Both the position numbers and the translations under genes were made by a program. From Candidatus Thorarchaeota archaeon (lineage in GTDB: Archaea; Asgardarchaeota; Thorarchaeia; Thorarchaeales; Thorarchaeaceae): a stretch of 41,692 nt of DNA. Position 1 is the stretch's first letter, and each line of letters opens with the position of its first letter. Location: the NCBI GenBank assembly GCA_030669595.1, contig DAOVDG010000003.1, positions 1 through 41,692 of the forward strand, written 5' to 3'. The notes below the pieces were generated by a model, which did not search any database, was not told the origin of the DNA, and saw nothing but the letters and a program-made list of their open reading frames with translations. This document shows, one piece after another, positions 9,262-17,362 of the stretch.

Positions 9262-10239
9262 TTAGTACACCTCCTTCAAGATACTGGCATAAGCTTCTGT
9301 CACCAGCTCGGCAATCTCTGGAGTAACAGCTGGATCTCCTGAGTGTCTAAGCTTTTCTGCTGCCACCTGTTGGCACCCACGTGCAAGCATTCGTATATCG
9401 CGTGGATTTCCTCTGGCTGCACGGTTGATCGTTTCTATTGTTTTCTCATCAAACGGATATAGGTCAAAATTAGTGGCATCGAAAATATCGATCTTTCCTT
9501 TTGCGTATGCCAATCTGCGGCCAACGAATTCCTTCGCCTTTTGGTCATCAAGTGGCGGCACATCAAGTGGTTCAGTCCTGTGTGCAATCTGCGGCAGGAA
9601 GTTGAGCATGGCATTCCAATACTCCATTGTTCCACTCATGATGAGCGTGATAATGGGCTCATCAAGTGTGCTTCCTCTATTTGAATCGACCATCTCTTCA
9701 GTAGGCAAATCTGCCAAATATCGCAGTTTGTGGAAAGCTGCCTCTTGGTTGTCAGCAACATCTTCTATGAATAGGGCTGTGCGACACTTGTCTTGGACAT
9801 ATCTTCTTAGACTCTCCTTGGCAACGGCCTCTATAATCTGACTTGATTCCCATGACCGGCGATACTTAATCCTTAGAGAATCGGCTATTGCTGCTGACAT
9901 TTGTTTTTCGTAGAGACCGGTCATTCCGACATAGCCTGTGACAAACTTATTGCCACGTCTATCCGCCAAGGTGGGCAAATCTCGAAGAGCCAAGAGCATC
10001 AAAGTACTCTTGCCAGATCCCACTGGACCCCTCAAGAACACATGACGCTCATTCGTAAGAATCAAGTCAACGATACTGTCAAGGAACGTTGGGTGTTCAA
10101 TGTATAACCTTGAATCCGGCATTTTATAGCCCCGGAATGGTGAGGACCTGCAGTTAACAGTCTCTTCCCACGCACGCAGAACTTCTTTCCTAGTGTTGAA
10201 GTGCCTGATCAAAGCGCTTTCATGAATGGCAATTGTCAT
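9262..10239 (-). CDS. AAA+ ATPase, ExeA/TniB(AAA_22)-like
   Basis: SPF..PD N-terminal motif, Walker A GPVGSGKST, Walker B ALFIED, sensor-1 SGT, Arg finger AHR, sensor-2 GNPRDIR. ATG 10239 preferred, with a TATA-like TTTATAT on the minus strand at 10303-10309. Confidence 0.8.
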   Translation of the reverse strand: MTIAIHESALIRHFNTRKEVLRAWEETVNCRSSPFRGYKMPDSRLYIEHPTFLDSIVDLILTNERHVFLRGPVGSGKSTLMLLALRDLPTLADRRGNKFVTGYVGMTGLYEKQMSAAIADSLRIKYRRSWESSQIIEAVAKESLRRYVQDKCRTALFIEDVADNQEAAFHKLRYLADLPTEEMVDSNRGSTLDEPIITLIMSGTMEYWNAMLNFLPQIAHRTEPLDVPPLDDQKAKEFVGRRLAYAKGKIDIFDATNFDLYPFDEKTIETINRAARGNPRDIRMLARGCQQVAAEKLRHSGDPAVTPEIAELVTEAYASILKEVY

Positions 10240-10254
10240 CTTGTTTTGCCCTCT

Positions 10255-10281
10255 TGTATCACATGTACTTCTTGTAATACA
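10255..10281. promoter_or_regulatory. 9-bp unit array TGTATCACA|TGTACTTCT|TGTAATACA between the TATA box and start of the ATPase-RHH operon (putative operator)
   Basis: Read directly; lies between the TATA-like element (10303-10309, minus) and ATG 10239. Confidence 0.7.
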
Positions 10282-10437
10282 GTTCCTACCATTCACTATT
10301 TCGATATAAATAGTATGGTTGATTACCGAGGCTGCACCAAACACATCACGATGAACGATAACCTTTTTCAAGCAGACCAAATTAGAAAACCCAGCCGGTA
10401 AGTTGACCAGAACCGGTGTGACAGGGAGTCAAGTGAA

Positions 10438-10716
10438 ATGGATATCAGTCGAGCTCAACACATACTAAACTCATTGATGACTCTCTCTTTTTTGATATTC
10501 GGAGGTCTCTCAGGTGTGCTGCTTATCACAGATACACCTCTCACGAGTTCAACGGTTGCACTCCCATTCGCTTTCCTCTTCTTATGCATCATGACTCTCA
10601 TAATCACTGGACAGATTGATGAGAAACCTCAGATGATTGAGAAGTATCTACGCGAATGGCTCCTAATTTGTATCTTCGGTGTCATAGTGGCCGCTTTGGC
10701 CTTTACACTTGCCTGA
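10438..10716 (+). CDS. Small membrane protein (about 3 TM helices)
   Basis: Three hydrophobic stretches in 92 aa; GGGAG upstream. Confidence 0.65.
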   Translation: MDISRAQHILNSLMTLSFLIFGGLSGVLLITDTPLTSSTVALPFAFLFLCIMTLIITGQIDEKPQMIEKYLREWLLICIFGVIVAALAFTLA

Positions 10717-10808
10717 TGTTCAACGCAAGAGTTTTAGGAACTCGGGAATTGAGCTATTCATTAGAGTAATAGGTACGAGATTTGGTCCTTTTTGCAGAAG
10801 TGAACTCA

Positions 10809-11441
10809 ATGAGCAAGATTTTGCCAGGCACAAAGACAACACGTATGGAACTGCTTCGTCTCAAGAATAGGAAACGACTAGCTCAGCGCGGCTATGATCT
10901 TCTCAAAGAGAAGTTAGATTCGTTAATCATGGAGTTCTTCAACTCGATTGCAGCAATCAAACAGTCTCGTGAAGCCATGGAAAAATCATTGTCTGAGGCA
11001 TTCTCAGCACTTACTCAAGCTAAGATGATTATGGGACCATCAAGAGTTGTGGAGTTCGCTCATGCAAGTCAGGTACGCGCCGACCTCCGAATCTCCACTC
11101 GTTCAATGATGGGGGTTCGTGTTCCTGTTCTAGCAGTTCAACAGCGTTACCCAGATCTTCCCTATTCATTGATTGACTCAAGTGCAACATTAGATGCGAT
11201 GAGCACGAAATTTGGAGATGCACTGAAGGCCATTGTTAGACTTGCTGAGATAGAAGCAACTGTGAAGCGACTTGCTCTTGAGATTGAACGAACAAAGAGA
11301 AGAGTTTCCGCGCTCGAAACCATTGTCATCCCGAAATTAGAAGCCACAACTAGACACGTGAAGTTAGCTCTGGAGGAAAGAGAACGAGAAGACTTCTTCA
11401 GAACCAAGATTATACGGGATCGGATTACTGCAGAAGAGTAG
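10809..11441 (+). CDS. atpD: A/V-type ATP synthase subunit D
   Basis: TRMELLRLK..LAQRGYDLLKEKLDSL, MGVRVP, EIERTKRRVSALE.IVIP, LEEREREDFFR. Confidence 0.93.
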   Translation: MSKILPGTKTTRMELLRLKNRKRLAQRGYDLLKEKLDSLIMEFFNSIAAIKQSREAMEKSLSEAFSALTQAKMIMGPSRVVEFAHASQVRADLRISTRSMMGVRVPVLAVQQRYPDLPYSLIDSSATLDAMSTKFGDALKAIVRLAEIEATVKRLALEIERTKRRVSALETIVIPKLEATTRHVKLALEEREREDFFRTKIIRDRITAEE

Positions 11442-11822
11442 CTAGCCGTGACGAATCTTCAATATCGCAGAAGCTAAGTCCCCCTTACTCTCCTTCAGAG
11501 CTTCTATCGCATCTTCAATACTAGCTCCAGTCTGACTTGCCACCAAGGCTGCATCTTCCATAGGAATTTCAATTTCCTTCTTCACCAGTACTTCCTCGGT
11601 TTCAACGCTGGCGGTAAGTCCGCGTTCTATCTTCATACCAGATACCTGAAACGATTCACTACCTGCTTGTTTAATCATCGCTACTTCGGGATTTGATATG
11701 ACCCATTCCTTATCTTCGAACCTAAACAGAACTTCCTGCACGCCGGCAATATCCTTCTGTTCGATTCCTGCCTTCTTCATCATCCGAGCCATTTGTTTTG
11801 GTGACATACCTCTGAATCCCAT
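11442..11822 (-). CDS. nac: Nascent polypeptide-associated complex protein (aeNAC)
   Basis: PKQMARMMKKAGI, NPEV...SFQVSG, C-terminal UBA-like EDAALVASQTG...GDLASAIL. Confidence 0.92.
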   Translation of the reverse strand: MGFRGMSPKQMARMMKKAGIEQKDIAGVQEVLFRFEDKEWVISNPEVAMIKQAGSESFQVSGMKIERGLTASVETEEVLVKKEIEIPMEDAALVASQTGASIEDAIEALKESKGDLASAILKIRHG

Positions 11823-11921
11823 TGAGTCACACCCCAGTCAATCGTCTTCCTAGTCATGGACTTGGTGTCCGATTTCATCATACGTGGTCTTTCAAACCTG
11901 ATAAAATGCTTGTGCTTGGTT

Positions 11922-12758
11922 TCAACATGTACGAATGGGTGTGGTGTGGATGTCAAACACGTAGTGCTCAATACCGGGAGAGTAGTGCTTCACCTCTCGT
12001 ACAGAAAATTCAGTGCCAAAACCCTGTTTCATTGCGAGGGTATTAATTGTATTACCAACGCTCGGAACCTCCTTCTTTGGCAATGCAGCATGAAGATGCA
12101 CATATCCGCCATCCTCACTCAATGCCCTCAAAGCGTAAGGCAGATACTCGATGGTGTTGTGGAGATATCCTAAAATTACTCGATTCGCCTCATTAACCGG
12201 GTGCATCTCTCTACAATCACCAAGCAGAGCTTGCATTCTGTCTTCCACTCCATTCATATTGATATTCTCAACAAGAAAGCGGTGCGCCTCCGGGTTGATT
12301 TCAATGGCCACAATCCTAGATCTAGTCTTCTTGGCGATATGCAGAGAGAACTGTCCTACGCATGCAAACATGTCAAGAACCATCTCATCTCCCTTTATCA
12401 TGTTGGGCAAGCGCATTCTTTCAGCGACATTTCCCCCCGAAAAGGTTAGCCGCAACGGATCAAGTCGGAATAACACTCCGCCCTCAACGTGCTCAGTAAC
12501 AGTATTGGAGTCACCTGCTATCAGCTTATACCCTGGCTTACGCATGATTCCTCTCGTCGAATCTGTTTTGATTGCTACTGAGCGGATTCTATAATCAAAC
12601 TCCATTGTAGCTTCTCCGATAAGCTGTGCGAATTTGCTCAGCTTTTCATGAAGCTCTAGTAGGGCAACATGTCCTACGATTTGAAAACCCGAAGGGACTA
12701 GAACACGATTTGGAAGCCGATTCCCAATCTTCTCTCTGAGGAACTTTCGATAACGCAT
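11922..12758 (-). CDS. Trm5/TYW2(Taw2)-family SAM-dependent tRNA-modifying transferase
   Basis: FQIVGHVA, FSGGNVAERMR, VLDMFACVGQFS, EINPEA, LGDCRE, REVKHYSPG. Confidence 0.85.
   Translation of the reverse strand: MRYRKFLREKIGNRLPNRVLVPSGFQIVGHVALLELHEKLSKFAQLIGEATMEFDYRIRSVAIKTDSTRGIMRKPGYKLIAGDSNTVTEHVEGGVLFRLDPLRLTFSGGNVAERMRLPNMIKGDEMVLDMFACVGQFSLHIAKKTRSRIVAIEINPEAHRFLVENINMNGVEDRMQALLGDCREMHPVNEANRVILGYLHNTIEYLPYALRALSEDGGYVHLHAALPKKEVPSVGNTINTLAMKQGFGTEFSVREVKHYSPGIEHYVFDIHTTPIRTC
12039..12056. repeat. 9-bp unit pair GGTATTAAT|TGTATTACC inside the methyltransferase gene
   Basis: Read directly from the sequence. Confidence 0.55.
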
Positions 12759-12786
12759 GGCATGTAGACTCTGAGGTCGTTGTCAT

Positions 12787-13986
12787 TTAGCAGTAGATGT
12801 TGCTAGGAAACTTTTCTTGCTGTCGCTCGTGAATCTTCTTTATTGCTTTGAGAAAGTCGTCCTGAGTGACACACCCTCTATCCTCACTGATCGCAAACAT
12901 GCCAGCTTCTGTGCAGACTGCCTTGATATCTGCTCCCGACATTTTGTCACTCAAGGATACCAATGGCTTACAGCTAAATACTGATTCGATATTCATTCCA
13001 CGAGTGTGAATGGCGAAAATCTTCTCTCTGCCTTTGTCATCAGGTAGTGGGAAATCAATAATCCGGTCAAAGCGTCCAGGCCTAAGCAAGGCTGGGTCCA
13101 ATATGTCAGGTCTATTTGTGGCTCCAATTACGGCAACTTGTCCACGAGAAGAAAAACCATCTAACTCGCTAAGCAATTGCATGAGAGTGCGCTGCACTTC
13201 ACGGTCTCCCGAAGTCGCTACATCAAGTCGGTGAGAGCCCACTGCATCCAATTCATCTATGAAGATTATCGCAGGAGCTTTATCTTTCGCGAGCAAGAAT
13301 ACTTCTCGTACTAATCTAGCACCTTCCCCTATGAACTTCTGGACCAATTCTGAACCAATTACACGAATGAAGGTAGCCGTGGTCTCATGGGCAACCGCCC
13401 TGGCAGCTAGAGTCTTTCCTGTGCCAGGGGGACCAGTGAGCAATACACCGCGAGGTGGGTCAATGCCAACCCTCTCAAATAACTCCGGTTTCAGAAGAGG
13501 TAGTTCAACAGTCCCTTTAAGATCATCAAGCTGCTTGTCCAAGCCTCCAATATCTGAATACGAAACGTTTGGAGCCACCTCGATCTCCATGGCTCGAATC
13601 ATTGGGTCTCGCGGGGGCGGAAGCTCCTGAGTTACAGCAAATGATCGCTGATTCAGAGCAACTCGCATACCTGGTGAAAGCCGGTCTCTCGAGATTGAGG
13701 ATGCCACATGCACAACGAAGTTAGGTCCGGTAGAGCTCTTCACAACAGCCCTTCCATCGTCAAGTATCTCAACTACGGTCGCAGTAATGAGCGGGGACTG
13801 CCGGAGTTTCTCAAGTTCTGTTCTCAGAGTTTGAGTTTCTTTTTCCAATCGACTGCGCTCAGCATGCAGTATCTGTTTTTCTGTTTCGAGAGCACGAAGT
13901 CGACGTTCTAAATGCCGAGTATAAGTTTCGGTGTAGGTCGAATCATCAATGCTGCCCTCTTTCTTTGCATCCGTAGTCCCTGGCAA
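12787..13986 (-). CDS. pan: Proteasome-activating nucleotidase
   Basis: N-terminal coiled coil and OB fold, GPPGTGKT, SELVQKFIGEGAR, IFIDELDA, LRPGRFDR, HbYX C-terminus (IYC). TTG start after GAGGTGA. Confidence 0.96.
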   Translation of the reverse strand: MPGTTDAKKEGSIDDSTYTETYTRHLERRLRALETEKQILHAERSRLEKETQTLRTELEKLRQSPLITATVVEILDDGRAVVKSSTGPNFVVHVASSISRDRLSPGMRVALNQRSFAVTQELPPPRDPMIRAMEIEVAPNVSYSDIGGLDKQLDDLKGTVELPLLKPELFERVGIDPPRGVLLTGPPGTGKTLAARAVAHETTATFIRVIGSELVQKFIGEGARLVREVFLLAKDKAPAIIFIDELDAVGSHRLDVATSGDREVQRTLMQLLSELDGFSSRGQVAVIGATNRPDILDPALLRPGRFDRIIDFPLPDDKGREKIFAIHTRGMNIESVFSCKPLVSLSDKMSGADIKAVCTEAGMFAISEDRGCVTQDDFLKAIKKIHERQQEKFPSNIYC

Positions 13987-14158
13987 TGAAGGTCACCTCA
14001 CTTCTTTTTCGATTGTTCAGAATTTAAGGATTCCTTTGAAGAAGTACTATTGGCAGTATGTTCTGGTTCCAAATGAGAGTTTGAGCCGCTATGTTGTGCC
14101 AGGTCGGCAATGCTTATCTGTTGAGATACAATGAAGTTACTTGAAGAGGGATATTCCC

Positions 14159-14734
14159 GTGCCAAGCTGTGAGTTATGTGGTCGAAATATGAAAGGTGCT
14201 GGCCGTGAAGTCACCATAGAGGGTGCTGACATGCTTGTATGTCCACATTGTGCCGCCAAGTTTGGAGGACACACAATGGACTCCACTTCAAGAAGAATCC
14301 ATTCAGCTCCGAAAAAGCCGTCATGGATAGGCAGCCCATCTGAGCCTTCAAGGGTTTCTCCTACTTCAACACCTCCACGAGCTGGCCCCAAGCGAAGGCC
14401 AAAACCTAGGCGTGCCTTGCTCGATGATATGATTCTAATTGAGGACTACGCACAGGCTATTCGGGGTGCTAGGCAGAAGAGGAATCTGAACCAAGATGAG
14501 CTTGCCCAAAAAATTGGTGAGAGAGTTTCTACTCTCCAAGGTATTGAAACTGGCAGGCTGAAGCCCACCAAAAAGACAATTCGGGGGTTAGAGAGAGAGC
14601 TTGAAATCTCTCTACTGGAATCTATCGGACCTGTACCGATAAAGAGTGACCGAGTGACATCAGGAGGAAGCCCCACTCTCGGAGATGTTGTACACATCAA
14701 ACGAAAGAAGTCCCAGAAAAGCGAAGCCAAGTAA
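14159..14734 (+). CDS. mbf1: Archaeal multiprotein bridging factor 1 (Zn ribbon + HTH)
   Basis: CELCG...IEGADMLVCPHCAKFG, EDYAQAIRGAR, QDELAQKIGE, TLGDVV. Confidence 0.9.
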   Translation: MPSCELCGRNMKGAGREVTIEGADMLVCPHCAAKFGGHTMDSTSRRIHSAPKKPSWIGSPSEPSRVSPTSTPPRAGPKRRPKPRRALLDDMILIEDYAQAIRGARQKRNLNQDELAQKIGERVSTLQGIETGRLKPTKKTIRGLERELEISLLESIGPVPIKSDRVTSGGSPTLGDVVHIKRKKSQKSEAK

Positions 14735-14857
14735 TAGCTCTTATATAGTATTCAAGCCAATACTATTACACGGCCAAATATCTCAACTAGGACGTTTTCA
14801 ATGATAGTACGAAACTAGTCGGCCATACAAATTCAATATGCTAAGGTGATTACTTCC

Positions 14858-15379
14858 ATGGTACACAGCTCCTTCAATCATGACCTCTTTCGTCTTGTAG
14901 TGGAGGAGATAGCTGGAAAAGAGGGCGTCGATGTATCAACAGTTCTTGTGAACTCTGAAGAAACAACCGATGAGGAAATCGCTACAAAGACTGATCTAAA
15001 GCTGAATGTAGTTCGCAGAATACTATACAAACTGCACGACAATCATCTCGCATCCTACAGACGAATCCGTGACACTAACACTGGTTGGTTTCTATACTAC
15101 TGGCGTATCGACCCGAAAAAGGCTCAATCTCTCGTGAACAAGAAAAAATTCATGGTTCTGAACCTTCTAGAACAAAGACTAGAACACGAGAGTAACAACG
15201 ATTTGTATACCTGTGTGAACAGGGATTCGTCGCCGGTCCCTTTCGAGGAAGCAATGAATCTCTCGTTCCGGTGTCCTGTATGCAATAGCCAACTGGAGTA
15301 TGTAAACAACGAGAAGGCAATCAACTTTCTCCGCAAGCGCGTGGAGGAGCTCAGAGCTGACCTGAAAGCCCCCTCATAG
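14858..15379 (+). CDS. tfe: Transcription factor E alpha
   Basis: TDEEIA...LNVVRRILYKL, GWFLYYW, Zn ribbon FRCPVC. AGGTGA RBS before ATG 14858. Confidence 0.93.
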   Translation: MVHSSFNHDLFRLVVEEIAGKEGVDVSTVLVNSEETTDEEIATKTDLKLNVVRRILYKLHDNHLASYRRIRDTNTGWFLYYWRIDPKKAQSLVNKKKFMVLNLLEQRLEHESNNDLYTCVNRDSSPVPFEEAMNLSFRCPVCNSQLEYVNNEKAINFLRKRVEELRADLKAPS

Positions 15380-15467
15380 TTTCTCCATGTCGCAAGAAAC
15401 TGAGTTTCGTGCAAAAGGTACTTAGCAATTGCATAGATGTCATCATTATCAGGATAGGCTATCTTTG

Positions 15468-16235
15468 ATGATAACACTCATTGCTCGAGCATACGGTCCA
15501 TACCGCGGACGGGTACTAGGTCTGATGAAATCTGAGATTACTAACATGATTTCAGAACTCGACGCAACGGTGCAGAAGGCAGCTACTGACAAGAGAGGTC
15601 ACATCACACTCACTATCACGGGAGAAGACGAGGAATTCATTGCTAATGTTCTGGATCGCGAGTATGGCATAGTACCAAGACCAGAGAAGCTCACTATTGG
15701 CCAAGTTGAAAATGGTTACATCGTAGACCTCGGCAAAGTGGGGTATGGACTATACGTGAATGTTGGTGTTTCGAAACCGAGTCGTATGGACGCTTTGCTA
15801 CCGCTACACAAGATTCGCGATCAGTTTGAGATGCCGAAGACCCCACTGAGAAAAATCACCAAAGCCCTTATCCTGGTTGACAATCTCCCTGTTGAAATAG
15901 TATTGACTGGCATTGACATTCCTAATTCCAAAATTGAAGCGGAGTTCAGCAAGCAAACTCTTGACAGAATCAAGAGGTGGAGCAAGGACGATCATGAGCG
16001 CCTTCTTGTCTTCGGTGTTACAAGAGAGCTACTTGACAGAGTTCTCTCAAAATCGGGCCACGAAGGGGACATATATAGAGTTGAGAGAATTGGTCCTTTC
16101 GAGTATTCTCTAAGATGCAAACGAAGCACACGTGCTTCAGGGATAGTCACAGCCATAGGGCCCAAACTAAGGGGCGTTCCAATGCATCTGGTCATTCCGC
16201 GCGAAATGGAGGCGATTCGCGATGCCAAGGCTTGA
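15468..16235 (+). CDS. DUF2110-family protein (OB-fold, conserved next to tfe)
   Basis: GEDEEFIANVL..EYG and GYIVDLGKVGYGLYV; conserved archaeal gene context. Confidence 0.75.
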   Translation: MITLIARAYGPYRGRVLGLMKSEITNMISELDATVQKAATDKRGHITLTITGEDEEFIANVLDREYGIVPRPEKLTIGQVENGYIVDLGKVGYGLYVNVGVSKPSRMDALLPLHKIRDQFEMPKTPLRKITKALILVDNLPVEIVLTGIDIPNSKIEAEFSKQTLDRIKRWSKDDHERLLVFGVTRELLDRVLSKSGHEGDIYRVERIGPFEYSLRCKRSTRASGIVTAIGPKLRGVPMHLVIPREMEAIRDAKA

Positions 16236-16899
16236 TGTCTGGCTCACAGAACAAAAACTGTTCTCATCTCGCCAAGTGGCAAAACGTGCGATACGAGCTG
16301 GCGGTGTTACGGTCGATGGAAGAATGGCCAAACCATCAACTTGGATTTCAGGCAAAGAAGAGGTTTTAGTCAATGACTGTGCATCCAATACTCCACAGGG
16401 TTATTCCAAACTTATGGCAATTGAATCTGCACTTGACATTCAGTTTGCTAGCCCTGGTATCTTGGCCCTCGATATCGGCAGTTCAGCTGGTGGGTTCCTA
16501 ATCTATCTGGCGGAGAAGGGCGCCAAAGTTATCGGTCTAGAATTCTCAGACGATTTTATTGCCCAACTGAGCGAAATCTCGGAAGCATTTCCAGATGTTT
16601 CAATTCTCATGTGTGATGCATTTGAAGTCGATCCTATGATTGTCTGCGGTCCAAACGAACTCGATCTTCTACTCATTGACGTTACAACAGACCCCTACAA
16701 TACAATCACCTTGACAAAGCGATTTACGCCCTTGTTGAAGAGGGGCGGTATAATTGTCGCAGCGCTGAAAATCAAGCCAACAAGTGAGGAATTACATGTT
16801 CTACAGGATAAACTGGCCGAGCTCGGTTATGGGGATATTCAGAAGGTTGTACTGAATCAATCTCGCCAAGAAGTGCATCTAATCGCCACTCACCAGTAA
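16222..16899 (+). CDS. TlyA-like S4-domain RNA methyltransferase
   Basis: S4 motif RLDVWL..SRQVAKRAIRAGGVTVDG..KPS; SAM motif ALDIGSSAGGF. Confidence 0.82.
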   Translation: MPRLDVWLTEQKLFSSRQVAKRAIRAGGVTVDGRMAKPSTWISGKEEVLVNDCASNTPQGYSKLMAIESALDIQFASPGILALDIGSSAGGFLIYLAEKGAKVIGLEFSDDFIAQLSEISEAFPDVSILMCDAFEVDPMIVCGPNELDLLLIDVTTDPYNTITLTKRFTPLLKRGGIIVAALKIKPTSEELHVLQDKLAELGYGDIQKVVLNQSRQEVHLIATHQ

Positions 16900-16938
16900 G
16901 CAACGCTTTTATTCAGCTACCGCTTGGCACGCTTCGTA

Positions 16939-17048
16939 GGGCCGCTAGTCTAGCCCGGCTATGATGTCTCGCTTACACCGAGAATCCATTTGAGTCTTAC
17001 ACTCATTGGTATCGAAGGTCGCTGGTTCAAATCCGGCGCGGCCCACCA
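16939..17048 (+). tRNA. tRNA-Val(TAC) with about 32-nt non-canonical intron in the variable region (approx. 16985-17016)
   Basis: Acceptor GGGCCGC/GCGGCCC-ACCA; anticodon arm TCTCG-CTTACAC-CGAGA; T arm GCTGG-TTCAAAT-CCGGC; extra 32 nt before GGTC. Confidence 0.88.
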
Positions 17049-17146
17049 TACTTCTGATACACCTGTCATCAGTCACCAAAGCATTGAAGAGCCAATTTAC
17101 TAGCCCAGAAACTTGCGGTGAGTTCCTGCGGGGTTGACCAGAGAAC

Positions 17147-17268
17147 GCGGGAGTAGCCAAGACTGGTCAAAGGCGGCGGACTTAAGATCGTATGAAGATA
17201 TGGGGTCATTCGAATGAGATATCCGCTCCCGTAGGGGTCCGTGGGTTCAAGTCCCACCTCCCGCACCA
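17147..17268 (+). tRNA. tRNA-Leu(TAA) with 34-nt canonical 37/38 intron (17187-17220)
   Basis: GCGGGAG/CTCCCGC-ACCA; GCGGA-CTTAAG|..|A-TCCGC; BHB with CTTA/TGAG helix and AGA/ATA bulges; long variable arm. Confidence 0.93.
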
Positions 17269-17362
17269 ATTTCTCCAAAAACAAGCACAAGATAGCTTCT
17301 GAGCGAAGATTTATGACCACGCCAAAGGCGAAGAGCTGCGGAACTCATAGGTGAGGATAGCA

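Noticed and set aside
12787-14734. pan and mbf1 divergent rather than co-oriented
   Set aside because: The pan-mbf1-tfe neighbourhood is a known conserved archaeal cluster; orientation alone is a minor rearrangement.
17084-17137. Possible box C/D sRNA between tRNA-Val and tRNA-Leu (TTGAAGA...CAGA...GCGGTGA...TTGA)
   Set aside because: All four boxes deviate from consensus and I could not identify a target.
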